This document shows positions 50,382 to 61,100 of a stretch of 64,000 bases of DNA, one piece after another; position 1 is the first letter of the stretch, and every line of letters starts with the position of its first letter. The translations under genes were made by a program, and so were the position numbers. The DNA is from Anthoceros angustus (taxonomy: Eukaryota > Plantae > Anthocerotophyta). Below the pieces are notes generated by a model. The model made no database searches, was not told where the DNA came from, and saw nothing but the letters and a program-made list of their open reading frames with translations. The stretch spans positions 744,001-808,000 of the forward strand of contig MU008159.1 in NCBI GenBank assembly GCA_010909165.1, written 5' to 3'.

Positions 50382-50863
50382 ATGGGGCTCATGAACAAGG
50401 TCAAGACGCAGATCGCCAGAGACCCTGTTCTCTCGGCATCTATCATTCTTGCTAGCATCGGTACGCTCTCTGGCTAGAATCGTGGATGAGAGCCAGAATT
50501 GCTTAACGATGCTTGAGTTCCCTGGGCCCGGAGACGCCAACCACGGGTGCACTGCTCTAGGGTTGACTGGGAGCAACCTTGCGCAGTAGGCGCATTCGGG
50601 GTTATCATGTGGCAAGGCTCATGGGATTGCGATCTAATTTCGGTGTGGCTTCTGTGAGCAGGAGTGCTAGCACCTCTTGTGGTACCACCCATCAGAAATG
50701 CTATATCCAGGTCGAAGCCTGTTCCTCCACCACCTCTGTCTGAGGTAATGGTTTCAATGCTGTACTTAGTCTTGGCAAGCAGTGGTTTCCCGTAGGTTTT
50801 GCCTCACGGGATTTCCTGGTTTTGCAGGTGGTTGCTGGCATGAGAGCCGAAAAGAGGGGGTAG
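50382..50863 (+). CDS. NDUFA3: Mitochondrial complex I subunit B9/NDUFA3 (Fb11-like), 65 aa, 3 exons
   Basis: Exons 50382-50460, 50662-50744 and 50828-50863 give MGLMNKVKTQIARDPVLSASIILASIGVLAPLVVPPIRNAISRSKPVPPPPLSEVVAGMRAEKRG. One TM helix; the PVL...G..P.VV.PI and LS(D/E)VVAGM motifs fit the plant B9 family. Not in the ORF track. Confidence 0.82.
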
Positions 50864-51505
50864 TTCTTTAGGTTTCAAGGATTTAATTGCATCTGAAACA
50901 AGCTTCCATTGGCCTGCTCCCGACGATCACCTTATGAGCACCAATGAAATCTGATTGTGGCAAAATCTGTGCAGTTGGTAGAGGCGAGCTTTAGTTGCTG
51001 GCTTGTTATGGTACCGGTCCTTGAGGTTAAGCAGGTAGAGACCTTGTAGTTCTTTCAAGTTCCTACAAGAGGCTTAAGAAACGGTCAGAATTTGGACAAT
51101 GACTCGAGTACTTCGTCGATCTGTTAGGCTGAATCTACAGAGAATGTCCAGGGTACGTTGATAGAAGTTGTCATAGTGGAGACCATGACGAGCCTTAACT
51201 CCGGCGGGTGCCTGCTCTTGACCACTGTTGGCCATCGGTGCACCCCGCAATTAAGTCTGCAAATCCGTTTGATTCAACTGCTCAGTGGACCGGCTGCTGC
51301 TACAAAAGGTCACTGTTGCAGTGCAAGTTTAAGTGCGGGGATTTATGGTACGTTGCATTTGCAATTTTGAGCAGACAAGGGAGGACTGGTGCTGCTAGGT
51401 AGCAAGCAGGGAAAAATCTGCCTCGATGGAAAAACTGGACCTTATGCAAAGCGGTTTGTTAGGGCCGGGCGCCATGCGGGCTGTCCAGGTATCAAGCATG
51501 GCTGA

Positions 51506-53443
51506 CTATCTCGAAAATATCCACCATAAAAGATTAGACAAAGAGTTGCCATCGTCGTGACTGTGGAGAGCCCTAACTCTGTCCAGTGCCTGCTGTTTGT
51601 CATATATGGCCATGAGTGCATACACAAAGCCCCTCCACCCATCTGCGACGTCTGTTCGGGTCAGACGAGGCAGCGTCCACTCAACGAGCTCCTTCACAAA
51701 GTCTGCATCCGGGAACAGGTTCTGTGTGTAGGGACACAAGGGAAGAAGCTGGATTCCCACCCGGCATTCCCTACTCTCGGGTGAAGTAAACCATAATCCA
51801 GTGTCCCTCTTGTTTGCCCACAGAACTCCCACCATCTTGTTGGCCCCGACGAACTCTGGCTCATAGATTGAGCAGGAGCTAGGGATGTGCCACAGGCTCC
51901 GCGCCCCTCTGGCTTCCAATGCAGCCAGGGTGAGCGCAGGGTTGATCAGACTATCATCCGAAAAGGACATGCCCAAGAGAGCAGCAGCATAATAAGCATG
52001 CACAGCTTCGCTGGTGCTTTCCTGGTTCCTGCCATCTGCAAACTCAACTAGCCCTCCTGCCCAGGAATGCAGCACCCACAGATCGAAGTTCCTGAGACGT
52101 GGAAACAGATGGTCTTCAGAGTCCAAATTCATGTAGTCCTTCACGAAAGTGTACAGATGACCCTTGAACAGTTGGCCCCATGCCGGATCTAGTTTGGCCA
52201 GCACAGCTCCGGCATACACGAAATATCCCCAGTGGTAGTGATGATCGTTGTACAGACCCAGCCCGAAGTCAGCTCCAGCATCCTTTGCTCCCTCTCGACT
52301 GATGAGCCCACCCCACTTGGGATCGTACAGAACCGCATTCCCCTGAAAGTCTCCCAACAGCCATGGGGTGATAGCTTCCTTCAGAAATCTCTGGACCTGG
52401 GTCAGCACATGCTGGCACGAGACCTCGGAAGCAATGAGAGCCAGCCTCGCAGCTCTGGCAAGGGCTTTCCCGTAGAAGTAAGTGGAGGGGACTTGGATTG
52501 CAGACAGCGCATTTGCATCGCTTTCGAGAGCAGCAGCTATCTCCGCCCGCTCTTCTCTGCTCACCCACTTGGAGGCATACCAGCTAGCCTGTACTTCCTT
52601 CTCTTTCAGCAACCACATGTCACCCACCACACCCTGTAGGGGACCATCGATGCTGTTGAAAAGCTCGACTCCAATTCTGCCTCTCCCGGCGGGCTTCGCG
52701 AGGATCTGGCGGTGCACAGGCAAGCTGAGCATGAGAAGCTCTCCCCACCCCACAGTCTCCCAATGGTAGTGCAACGTGAAGCAGGCAGGGAAATCCGCTC
52801 TCCCCCTCACGGGATAGCAGCTGTGATACCGATCCAAAATCTCCTCAGCATCCGGGCTTGTCAGCACCGAGATCCTGACCACCCCGGTGAAGGGTTCGGT
52901 GCAAGTCAAATCCCTGGACAGGGAGAGACCCTTGGAGGAGTAAATCACCCAAACCTGCCCGTTATTAAACGTCACCTTGTGCTTGGCGCCGTCCTGGCCT
53001 GTCCAAACATCCAAAACCGCATGAATCGTGGAGAAGCAGGGCGTGCTGTGGCGGAATACGCAGGTGATGTAAGGGCTTCCCCTGACCAGGGGCACCGTGA
53101 CTCCATCCCCCAGCTCCAGCGTCACACTCAGGTCGTCGTAGTGCGACACGGCATGGGCTACGCTCCCACATTCCCTGCTGGACACCGTGAAGTCCTTCTG
53201 GAAGGCCTGAATGATGTAGGCAGTCTGCACTACTCTGGAAGGGTAGCAGATGGAGATGCACCCCGAGCTTGATTGCACCAGGAAGGGGTGGATGTACTCA
53301 GGCTGGTCTCCAGAATTCACCACATAGTTCAGCCAGGCGGCATTGGTGGGGTACGGAGGCTCGCGCACGCAGCTCGCCCATAAGCTGCTGGGATCTGGTG
53401 CAACGGTCTGGCTCGCCACGGGGAATGGTTGCCCATGTGCCAT
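51506..53443 (-). CDS. Glycoside hydrolase family 81 endo-1,3-beta-glucanase (beta-glucan-binding protein type), intronless
   Basis: PTNAAW, PLVRGSPYIT, YNDHHYHWGYF, LHSWAGGL, DGRNQESTSEAV, DDGNSLSNLLWW. First ATG at 53443. Confidence 0.95.
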   Translation of the reverse strand: MAHGQPFPVASQTVAPDPSSLWASCVREPPYPTNAAWLNYVVNSGDQPEYIHPFLVQSSSGCISICYPSRVVQTAYIIQAFQKDFTVSSRECGSVAHAVSHYDDLSVTLELGDGVTVPLVRGSPYITCVFRHSTPCFSTIHAVLDVWTGQDGAKHKVTFNNGQVWVIYSSKGLSLSRDLTCTEPFTGVVRISVLTSPDAEEILDRYHSCYPVRGRADFPACFTLHYHWETVGWGELLMLSLPVHRQILAKPAGRGRIGVELFNSIDGPLQGVVGDMWLLKEKEVQASWYASKWVSREERAEIAAALESDANALSAIQVPSTYFYGKALARAARLALIASEVSCQHVLTQVQRFLKEAITPWLLGDFQGNAVLYDPKWGGLISREGAKDAGADFGLGLYNDHHYHWGYFVYAGAVLAKLDPAWGQLFKGHLYTFVKDYMNLDSEDHLFPRLRNFDLWVLHSWAGGLVEFADGRNQESTSEAVHAYYAAALLGMSFSDDSLINPALTLAALEARGARSLWHIPSSCSIYEPEFVGANKMVGVLWANKRDTGLWFTSPESRECRVGIQLLPLCPYTQNLFPDADFVKELVEWTLPRLTRTDVADGWRGFVYALMAIYDKQQALDRVRALHSHDDGNSLSNLLWWIFSR

Positions 53444-54098
53444 CGCCTCAACTCGCGCTCCCCGCAAATCGATTTGTCACACTCTGCAAAACTGGTTGGC
53501 ATTACTTACATACACTCGGCGATCAGGAATCGGAATAGGGCTGACGCTTCCCTACTCTCTTTTTCATTCTCATCAGATGCGACTTGAACTCAGCTGAAGT
53601 TTAGGGCTCGTGGCCCTAAACTCACATCGTCGATGCTTTTCTTCAGTCCCACACATGCGAGTCCCACCAGTCAGTTTTCCGTCCGTTCCTTTGCCATGGA
53701 TGATGACATGGCCGTCCTACCGAGCGAGCCAGCATTCATTTTCATTTGCTCAGGGTGCTGATTTGCATGCCATTGAAGTGAGTTGTACATGCATCTGGAG
53801 TGAATTTTGGCATGTGTTTCAGTGCTCTAAAAGACTAGAAGCATAGTAACTAAAAGTCTGCGGTGCTCAGCACTTCCAAGCAGCGGTCTCTGGTGTTTGG
53901 GAGCATCTTGCTGGGACAGAACTGGAGATTGGGGACAAGTGTTGCATGCTTTGCCACCTTCGTTCACATGATGCCAATTGCGACCGTCATGCTGGGCGAA
54001 GTCGATTTGTATACAAGAGCCACTTCTCGGCTCAGCTCGTCAGACAAATCCTGTCAGATTGTGCATTGTGCTACTTGGACGTGATCGGTGCATCGACA

Positions 54099-55608
54099 AT
54101 GGCGTTCTCGGGCAGGACTATGGCAGGCTTGGCCTTGTTGGTCGCTGTGAGTGTTTTACGAAGTTAGTCTGTTTGATGGTTGATACATGCAATGCAGCTT
54201 TGTAGTTATGGGGAGCATCCGTCGATCGATGACTGTTTGCATTGACTTTTTGCATTGTCGACGTCGTCATGTGTTCGTTGCAGCTGCTGGCGATTAGTGC
54301 AGGGAGCTCTGGAGGGGTGCCGGTAAGTTGCAAGTAGTTTGGATCGGCATTGTCGTGTGATTATCGATCGTAGCATGCTCAAGTTGAGGACGCAGCGAAG
54401 TGGATGCCTGCTGAGAGCGGTACCGGTGGACGGTATTTGTGTGCAGGTTTTGTCAAACGGTCCAAGGAAGTTGCTCTCCAGCAATGAACGCGGCCAGGTG
54501 GAACGCTACGACGATGGGAAGTCGAGACTGTGGGACGCCGCCGCGGATGTGTGGGATACGTTGGTGGGGGAAGACGATGAGAGAGAGCTCGACGGCTACG
54601 GCATGTATACGCGCTCCCAGTCCATGAAGCTGGAGAACGAAGACCAGAAGAAGGGTGGTGAACACAAGAACGAGGAGGAGAAGAAAGAGGAGCAGGGGAA
54701 CGAGAAGAAGAAAAAGGAAGAAGAGACGCAGAAGGAGGAAAAGCAAGAGGAGCAGGAGAAGAGGGAAAAGGAGAAGGGAGAGGAGAAGGGAAAGGAGAAG
54801 CAGCACGAGGAGGAGGAGAAGAGGAAAAAGGAGGAAGAGGAGAAGGGAAAGGAGAAGCAGCACGAGGAGGAGGAGAAGAGGAAAAAGGAGGAAGAGGAGA
54901 AGGGAAAGGAGAAGCAGCACGAGGAGGAGCAGAAGAAAAAGGAGGAGGAGGAGAAGAAGAAAAAGGAGAAGCAGCACGAGGAGGAGAAGAAAAAGGAGGA
55001 GGAGGAGAAGAAGAAAAAGGAGAAGCAGCACGAGGAGGAGAAGCAAAAGGAGGAGGAGGAGAAGAAGAAAAAGGAGAAGCAGCACGAGGAGGAGAAGCAA
55101 AAGGAGGAGGAGGAGAGGAAGAAAAAGGAGAAGCAGCACGAGGAGGAGAAGAAAAAGGAGGAGGAGGAGAAGAAGAAAAAGGAGAAGCAGCACGAGGAGG
55201 AGAAGAAAAGGAGGAGGAGGAGAAGAAGAAAAGGAGAAGCAGCACGAGGAGGAGAAGAAAAGGAGGAGGAGGAGAAGAAGAAAAGGAGGAGGAGGAGAAG
55301 AAGAAAAGGAGGAGGAGGAGAAGAAGAAAAAGGAGGAGGAGGAGAAGAAGAAAAAGGAGGAGGAGGAGAAGAAGAAAAAGGAGGAGGAGGAGAAGAAGAA
55401 AAAGGAGGAGGAGGAGGAGAAGAAAAAGGAGGAGGAGGAGGAGAAGAAGCACGAGAAGGGTGGTGAATACAAGAAGCATGAAGAGGAGAAGAAGCACGAG
55501 AAGGGTGGTGAATACAAGAAGCACGAAGAGGAGAAGAAGCACGAGAAGGGTGGTGAATACAAGAAGAAGGAAGAGGAGCAGGAGAAGAAGAAGGGTGGGA
55601 AGAATTAA
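54099..55608 (+). CDS. Secreted Glu/Lys-rich repeat protein (signal peptide, RKLL site), 3 exons
   Basis: Exons 54099-54146, 54284-54322 and 54447-55608 give MAFSGRTMAGLALLVALLAISAGSSGGVPVLSNGPRKLLSS... Then EKQHEEEKKKEEEEKKKK and HEKGGEYKK repeats. Frame slips at ~55210-55310 lie within the repeats and are probably sequencing errors. Confidence 0.75.
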
Positions 55609-57615
55609 GGGGACTCAAACCAGGAACACAAGCATGAGGTAGTGATCTTGACGTTCGCCGATGTTGATATTGTTCTATGAAAAAGACATACTCTTTTGAC
55701 ATACTTGTAAACTTGTCCGATGTCTCACACAAATTCACAAAAGCTCTGTCGCTCCTGCAAACTTTCGTGATGTTTCCGTAAGGCCTGCCTCAAAACTGTG
55801 CAAGCCGTTTGTGTAGTTGCCGCCTAAAGTTCTATACAGTAAGACGGACCTGAAACATCTCATTCCAACTCTAATCCTCGCCACAAAGCTTTGCTCCCTG
55901 CAAACGCGGATGTGTTGCTGCTTCCTGTATAGTGCGGCAAGGTGTATCACCTTGCAGCATCATATGGTGGGAAGAACTCGAGCGACCCGGTGACTTTGTA
56001 TCGCGACAGCCTTGCACCGGGGCTACGACCCAAGTTCCCATGTACAGCTAAGCTTTTACAGTTGTTAAAAAGTGGCGCAAGAAGCTTACATAGAATTGTG
56101 CCATGTAGATCCTTCTCTACTTTGTCCTGCTCCTGCTACTTCTTCTTCTTCTCCTTCCCTCCAGGTGAATACAACAACTGGTGGGTCTGGAAGTGTCTCT
56201 AGTCTCTCGCGTGTTGCTTACAGCCACTATCCCATTGTTGTAAGGAGGGTTCTTTCGCGACAGGCGGTTCCTCACCTTTTCACTCTAGGCTCGATGTCCG
56301 CAGTTCGGCGGAGGAAAGATCCAGTGAGAATTACGATGGAGCAGTAGATCATATGTGAAAATTGTTAGGTGCTCAGATCGCTTCACCATCCCTTTCTTTG
56401 GCACCAGTACGTACACATACACCTGAAGTAACATGGATGTTGAATGCTGCTGATCCAGCAATTACTCCCGCACCTAAACCTGAAGAGCGAGGTACATCCA
56501 TGGCAATATCTTCCCAAGAGTTATGCAGGCTAGGACTTCAAATGGAGTAAAGCAAGCTCTTTTACAATTTTGGAGAGAGAACAGAAAACACCAGCACTCA
56601 AGGGTCTGACTGTTCTCTCCACTGACCACCCTCGATACCAAATGGATGACTCAACAGAGTCTTCAGTATCACCCAGAGTCTCTACAACTGAGATGGCAAT
56701 AGGAGGGACACTTGTGCCAACTGCCAGTCAGTGTAATGTCAGCCACTGCTGGATTCCATATTCCCTTAATTTACACCACCTCCATCCCTGTTATTGGATC
56801 TATCTCTTCCGTGATCGTGTCTGATTCACCATCAGTTCCATGGCCACCATGAATGTAGCTGTACTCCTTGCTATGCCAATGAGGAAATATATAAGTGTCA
56901 TAGCGTAGAACACCCCTCGAATGGGGTATCTCCAGGTAGCTTCTACCTCAAGGAGGCCATGGCCAATGCAGCGTTCTGATGTCAAACTCGGCCCTTTAGA
57001 AAGGAAATCGGCTGAAGGTGGTGGTTCCCCGTGCCAGTCCAACATATTTCCAAGCCCACTAGAGAATCCTATGACACCCGTTACATGAACATCCTGAGGT
57101 ATCAATAATCAACATCCCCAGAGTTTCACAGATATTTCGACTTCCAAGTGGAACCTACGATCTGTCGATCAGAAGATCCCAGTGAACAATGAAGCGCCAA
57201 CTGGATACTTCACCTCAGCAAGAAGAAAGAGTCCTTGGGGCCTGCCATGAATCGTAGCTGCCCAAGAGCACAGGTTGTGGTCCACAGTAACTTAGAAGGT
57301 TGTGACAAGCCTTGCCGAACACTACCTGCCGCCTCCAACAAAACTTTCTTTCCCGTGCATCATGGGCAGCTTAAGAACCATAGTTGTGGTGAACAGGAAT
57401 GATGACGACAAGACATGCTGCAAAGTTTGCATGCGTTTGATACCATATCTGTTGTCTACTGAAAATGTTCGGTGATAATCGGTGACATCGCTGGATTGAT
57501 CAGAGAGTGAAGCGAATGTGCAAGCCAAGCGTTTTTAAGAGCGAAGGTGAAACGGTGCTTGACCGTAACCGTCCTATATGCGCCTGTTTGGTGCTTGAAT
57601 TGAAACGTGCCCTAA

Positions 57616-57698
57616 GTTGCTCTACCAACGCCACACAACATAGTCTTATTGGAGAGGTTGCTCTACCAACGCCACACAACATAGTCTTATTGGAGAGG
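57616..57698. repeat. ~41-bp tandem duplication at the left edge of the copia
   Basis: GTTGCTCTACCAACGCCACACAACATAGTCTTATTGGAGAG occurs twice. Confidence 0.9.
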
Positions 57699-57699
57699 T

Positions 57700-60600
57700 C
57701 CCACCTCTTTCACACCTGCAAGAGGTAATAAGGAGGGTGGCATTGTTTGTTCTTGGTGCAGAATACTAAACCGCACGGAAAAGGACTGTAGAAAAAAGAA
57801 GAATGACGAGCCTACAAAAGAGGCCCCACCTGGAGCGCATGTTGTTGTCAAAAGACAAGTCTTCAGCAACACCATCAGCTCTCACTGTATGCATGGCATC
57901 CTCAAAGCCTTCAGACCCCTGCTGGTACTTAGACAGTGGAGCCACTTGCCACATCTGTTATAATAAAAACTCTTTTGAGTCTTATTCCCCAACCACATGA
58001 CACAAGTCTGTCCTCTTGGGTGATGACCACAATCTTCCCATAGCCGAAGTAGGTCATGTTGTTCTCACATGTGATTCAAGTCAACTTCTCCTATTAAACA
58101 ATGTCCTTCACGTACCATCTATGTGTAAAAATCTTATATCTGCTGCTAGTCTCTGTTTAGAACACACTATCCAAGTCACTCTTCACGTAGAAAGCTGCTT
58201 TATTTCCTATGTCAAAAATAAATCATATGCTATCTGCACATGCACATTAGAAGATGGACTTTACAAATTGTCAGTCCAAGTGGGTCCCACACTTTTCATT
58301 AATATAGCGTCCCAAAATTCTGCTACCCCAACTCACATCATGCTTTGGCATTGTCGTCTAGGTCATGCCCACAGTAAGAAATTACTTCAAATGTCTGCGG
58401 AAATTTTTCATAGAACTCCCTGTCTCTCCAGAATACAGCACCTACCTTGGTGCGAGGCTTGTGTCATCACCAAACAACACCAAGCCCCTTTTAAGAACAC
58501 CTTACCACCGAGGGCGCCATCACCTCTTGAGCTTGTTCATACAGACATTTGTGGACCTATCTCTACACCCTCCTTTAGTGAAAGTAAATATTTTCTAACA
58601 TTCACAGACGACTTCTCCCGTTTTGTCCTTACCTACATTATCAAGCACAAAAGTGATGCATATCACTTCTTCAAGGACTACATGGCATGGGCTGAGAGAT
58701 TGACAGAGAGGAAACTCAAAACCTTACGTTCCGACAATGGTGGCGAGTTTACCTCACAAGCATTTGCTAATTTTTGTCGAGCTGAAGGCATAGCTCAACA
58801 ATTTTCAATAGTTCATACTCCTCAGCAAAATGGTGTAGCAGAAAATAAGAATCTGCGCCTACAAGAGATCATTGGCTGCTTATTATCCCAAGCAAAATTA
58901 CCAAAAATTTATTGGGCTGAAGTTATCCTTATAGGAACCTATCTCATGAACAGATTGCCCACATCTGCAGTTCAAGGTATGACTCCATATGAAGCTTTTA
59001 TTGGTCGCAAGCCTTCTATTGAACACCTTCAAATATTTGGATCTCCTACTTACGTCTTTATCCCTAAAGTACAATGCAAGAAATTAGATCCTAACGCAGC
59101 TAAGTATACTTTTATTGGCTATACCGAAGGCATTAAAGACTATAAATTATTCGACCCCTCTACCCACAAGCTCCTTTATGCACGGAGCGTTATATTTCAC
59201 GAGTCTCACCTATTTTCTTCTATTTTCACCTATGATCCGGATCCTGATCCTGGCTATGCTGTTAAGGATGATCCGGTACTTATGGATGATCCTGAACTGA
59301 TGTAGAAGATGTTCAACCTGTATCCATGTACAATCTTCGTTCTCCCCTAACTGTTCCTGGACCTGCTGGCTGGAAAGAGCCCTCTTTAGGATACCTTGCT
59401 GTAGTTAACAATATTTTCCTAGTAGAGTCTCCCTATTTAGAGGCAGTTTACAAAGCCACTTCTGATCCTGAAGAACCTGCTACCTTAAAACAAGCCTTTA
59501 CATCCCCTGAAAAGGACTTATGGAAGCTAGCTGTAGATTTTGAACACAACTTCTTAGTTAAGAATTCTACATGGGAATTAGTTAGGCCACCTAAAGGGAG
59601 AAAAATTGTCACCAGCAAATGGGTTTTCAAAATTAAACGCAAGGGAGATAGCTCTATTGAACGCTATAAAGCGCGCCTAGTGGCAAGAGGTTTTACTCGA
59701 ATTCCAGATCTAGATTATTTACCTTATGCCACATATGCTCCAGTAGCCAAGTTTGCTTCCCTTCGAATGATTTTCGCCTTAACTACACAACATGATTTTC
59801 ACCTCCATATGATGGACATAAAGACAGCTTATCTATATGGCCGGCTACAAGAAGAAATCTAAAAGAGACAACCCGAGGGTTATGAAGTTCAAGGCAAGGA
59901 AGATTGGGTATGCAAACTTATTAAATATATTTATGGTTTAAAAAAATATGGAAAAGAGTGGAATGTAACCATACATGTTAAGCTAGTAAAACGTGGTTTT
60001 AGAAGAAGCAAAGTTGACGCTAGCATGTACATTGTGATATCAAGAGGCGATATACTTCACCTGCTATGTTACGTTGATGATTTATTCATGGCTTCATCAT
60101 TAGCTTCACTTCTTGGAGAGATTAAAGCTTAGTTAAAAGGTCACTTCAAGATGACTGATCTTGAAGAAATGACCTATGCTCTTGGAGTAAATATTATTCG
60201 AAATAGAATTGATAAAACTTGAAGTATTGTTCAAACCAAGTATATAAATGAAAGCTTAGTTAAGTTCGGACTTGAGGATGCAAAACCTGCCCCTACTCCT
60301 TTAGCTAGCAGCATACAACTCACCTTAGCTATGAGTCCGAAGACAATTGCGGAAAAACAAGAGATGTAGATAGTTCCATATAGGCATGTCGTCGGCACCT
60401 TAATACATTTAAGTAATTTCACAAGATCAGACATATCATTTGAAGTAACGCCTGCTCACAATTCTTGGAGAATCCTAGATGTGAGCACTGGATGTCAATA
60501 AAGCGCATCTTTAGATACCTCAAGGGTACCATGAATACTGGACTTATTTATAGACATACACCAGGTATTCAAAAACTTCTCTTAACAGCCTATGTTGATG

Positions 60601-61100
60601 CCGATTATGCTGGCGATCCCCATACAAGGAAATCAGTATCAGGTTACATACTCATCTTAGGCAAAGCTCCTATCTCCTGGGCAAGTCAGAAACAACCTAC
60701 TATTGCCCTATCCAGTACCGAGTCAGAATATAGAGTCCTGACTTTAGCAGCTAAGGACATCATATGGAGTAGGTTAGCTTTACGTGAATTAAACCATCCG
60801 CAAAATAATCCCACAATTTTGTTGAGTGATAGTCAGGGAGCAATAGCCTTAGCTCGTAACCCTTGTTTTTCACTCTAGAACTAAGCATATAGCAGTTGAG
60901 TACCATTACATTAGAGAGGTATTAGAATATAAAACAATAGATATTCATTATATCCAAACTCATGAAAACCTAGCTGATTTATTAACAAAATCCCTTGGTC
61001 GGGACTTACACAATAACACATGAAATGTCTAGGTGTCTTAAACATCAAGTCCAAACCACCTTAAGTTAAGATATTAACATAGGTATTTAGGGGGCAGACT
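57700..61100 (+). mobile_element. Degenerate Ty1/copia (gag knuckle-PR-INT-RT-RNase H), 5'-truncated, LTRs not identified
   Basis: CSWC....R..KDC knuckle, WYLDSGA, LWHCRLGH, LVHTDICGP, LRSDNGGEF, PQQNGVAE, YKARLVARGF, YVDD, YVDADYAG, SDSQGAIALA; several in-frame stops. Confidence 0.95.

Noticed and set aside
54379-55738. Minus-strand SPPPP extensin-like and Leu/Phe-rich ORFs
   Set aside because: Antisense shadows of the GAG/AAG repeat; splice signals and the signal peptide support the plus strand.
55900-57600. ORF fragments and a possible copia 5' LTR
   Set aside because: No matching repeat after 61100 and no recognisable motifs.
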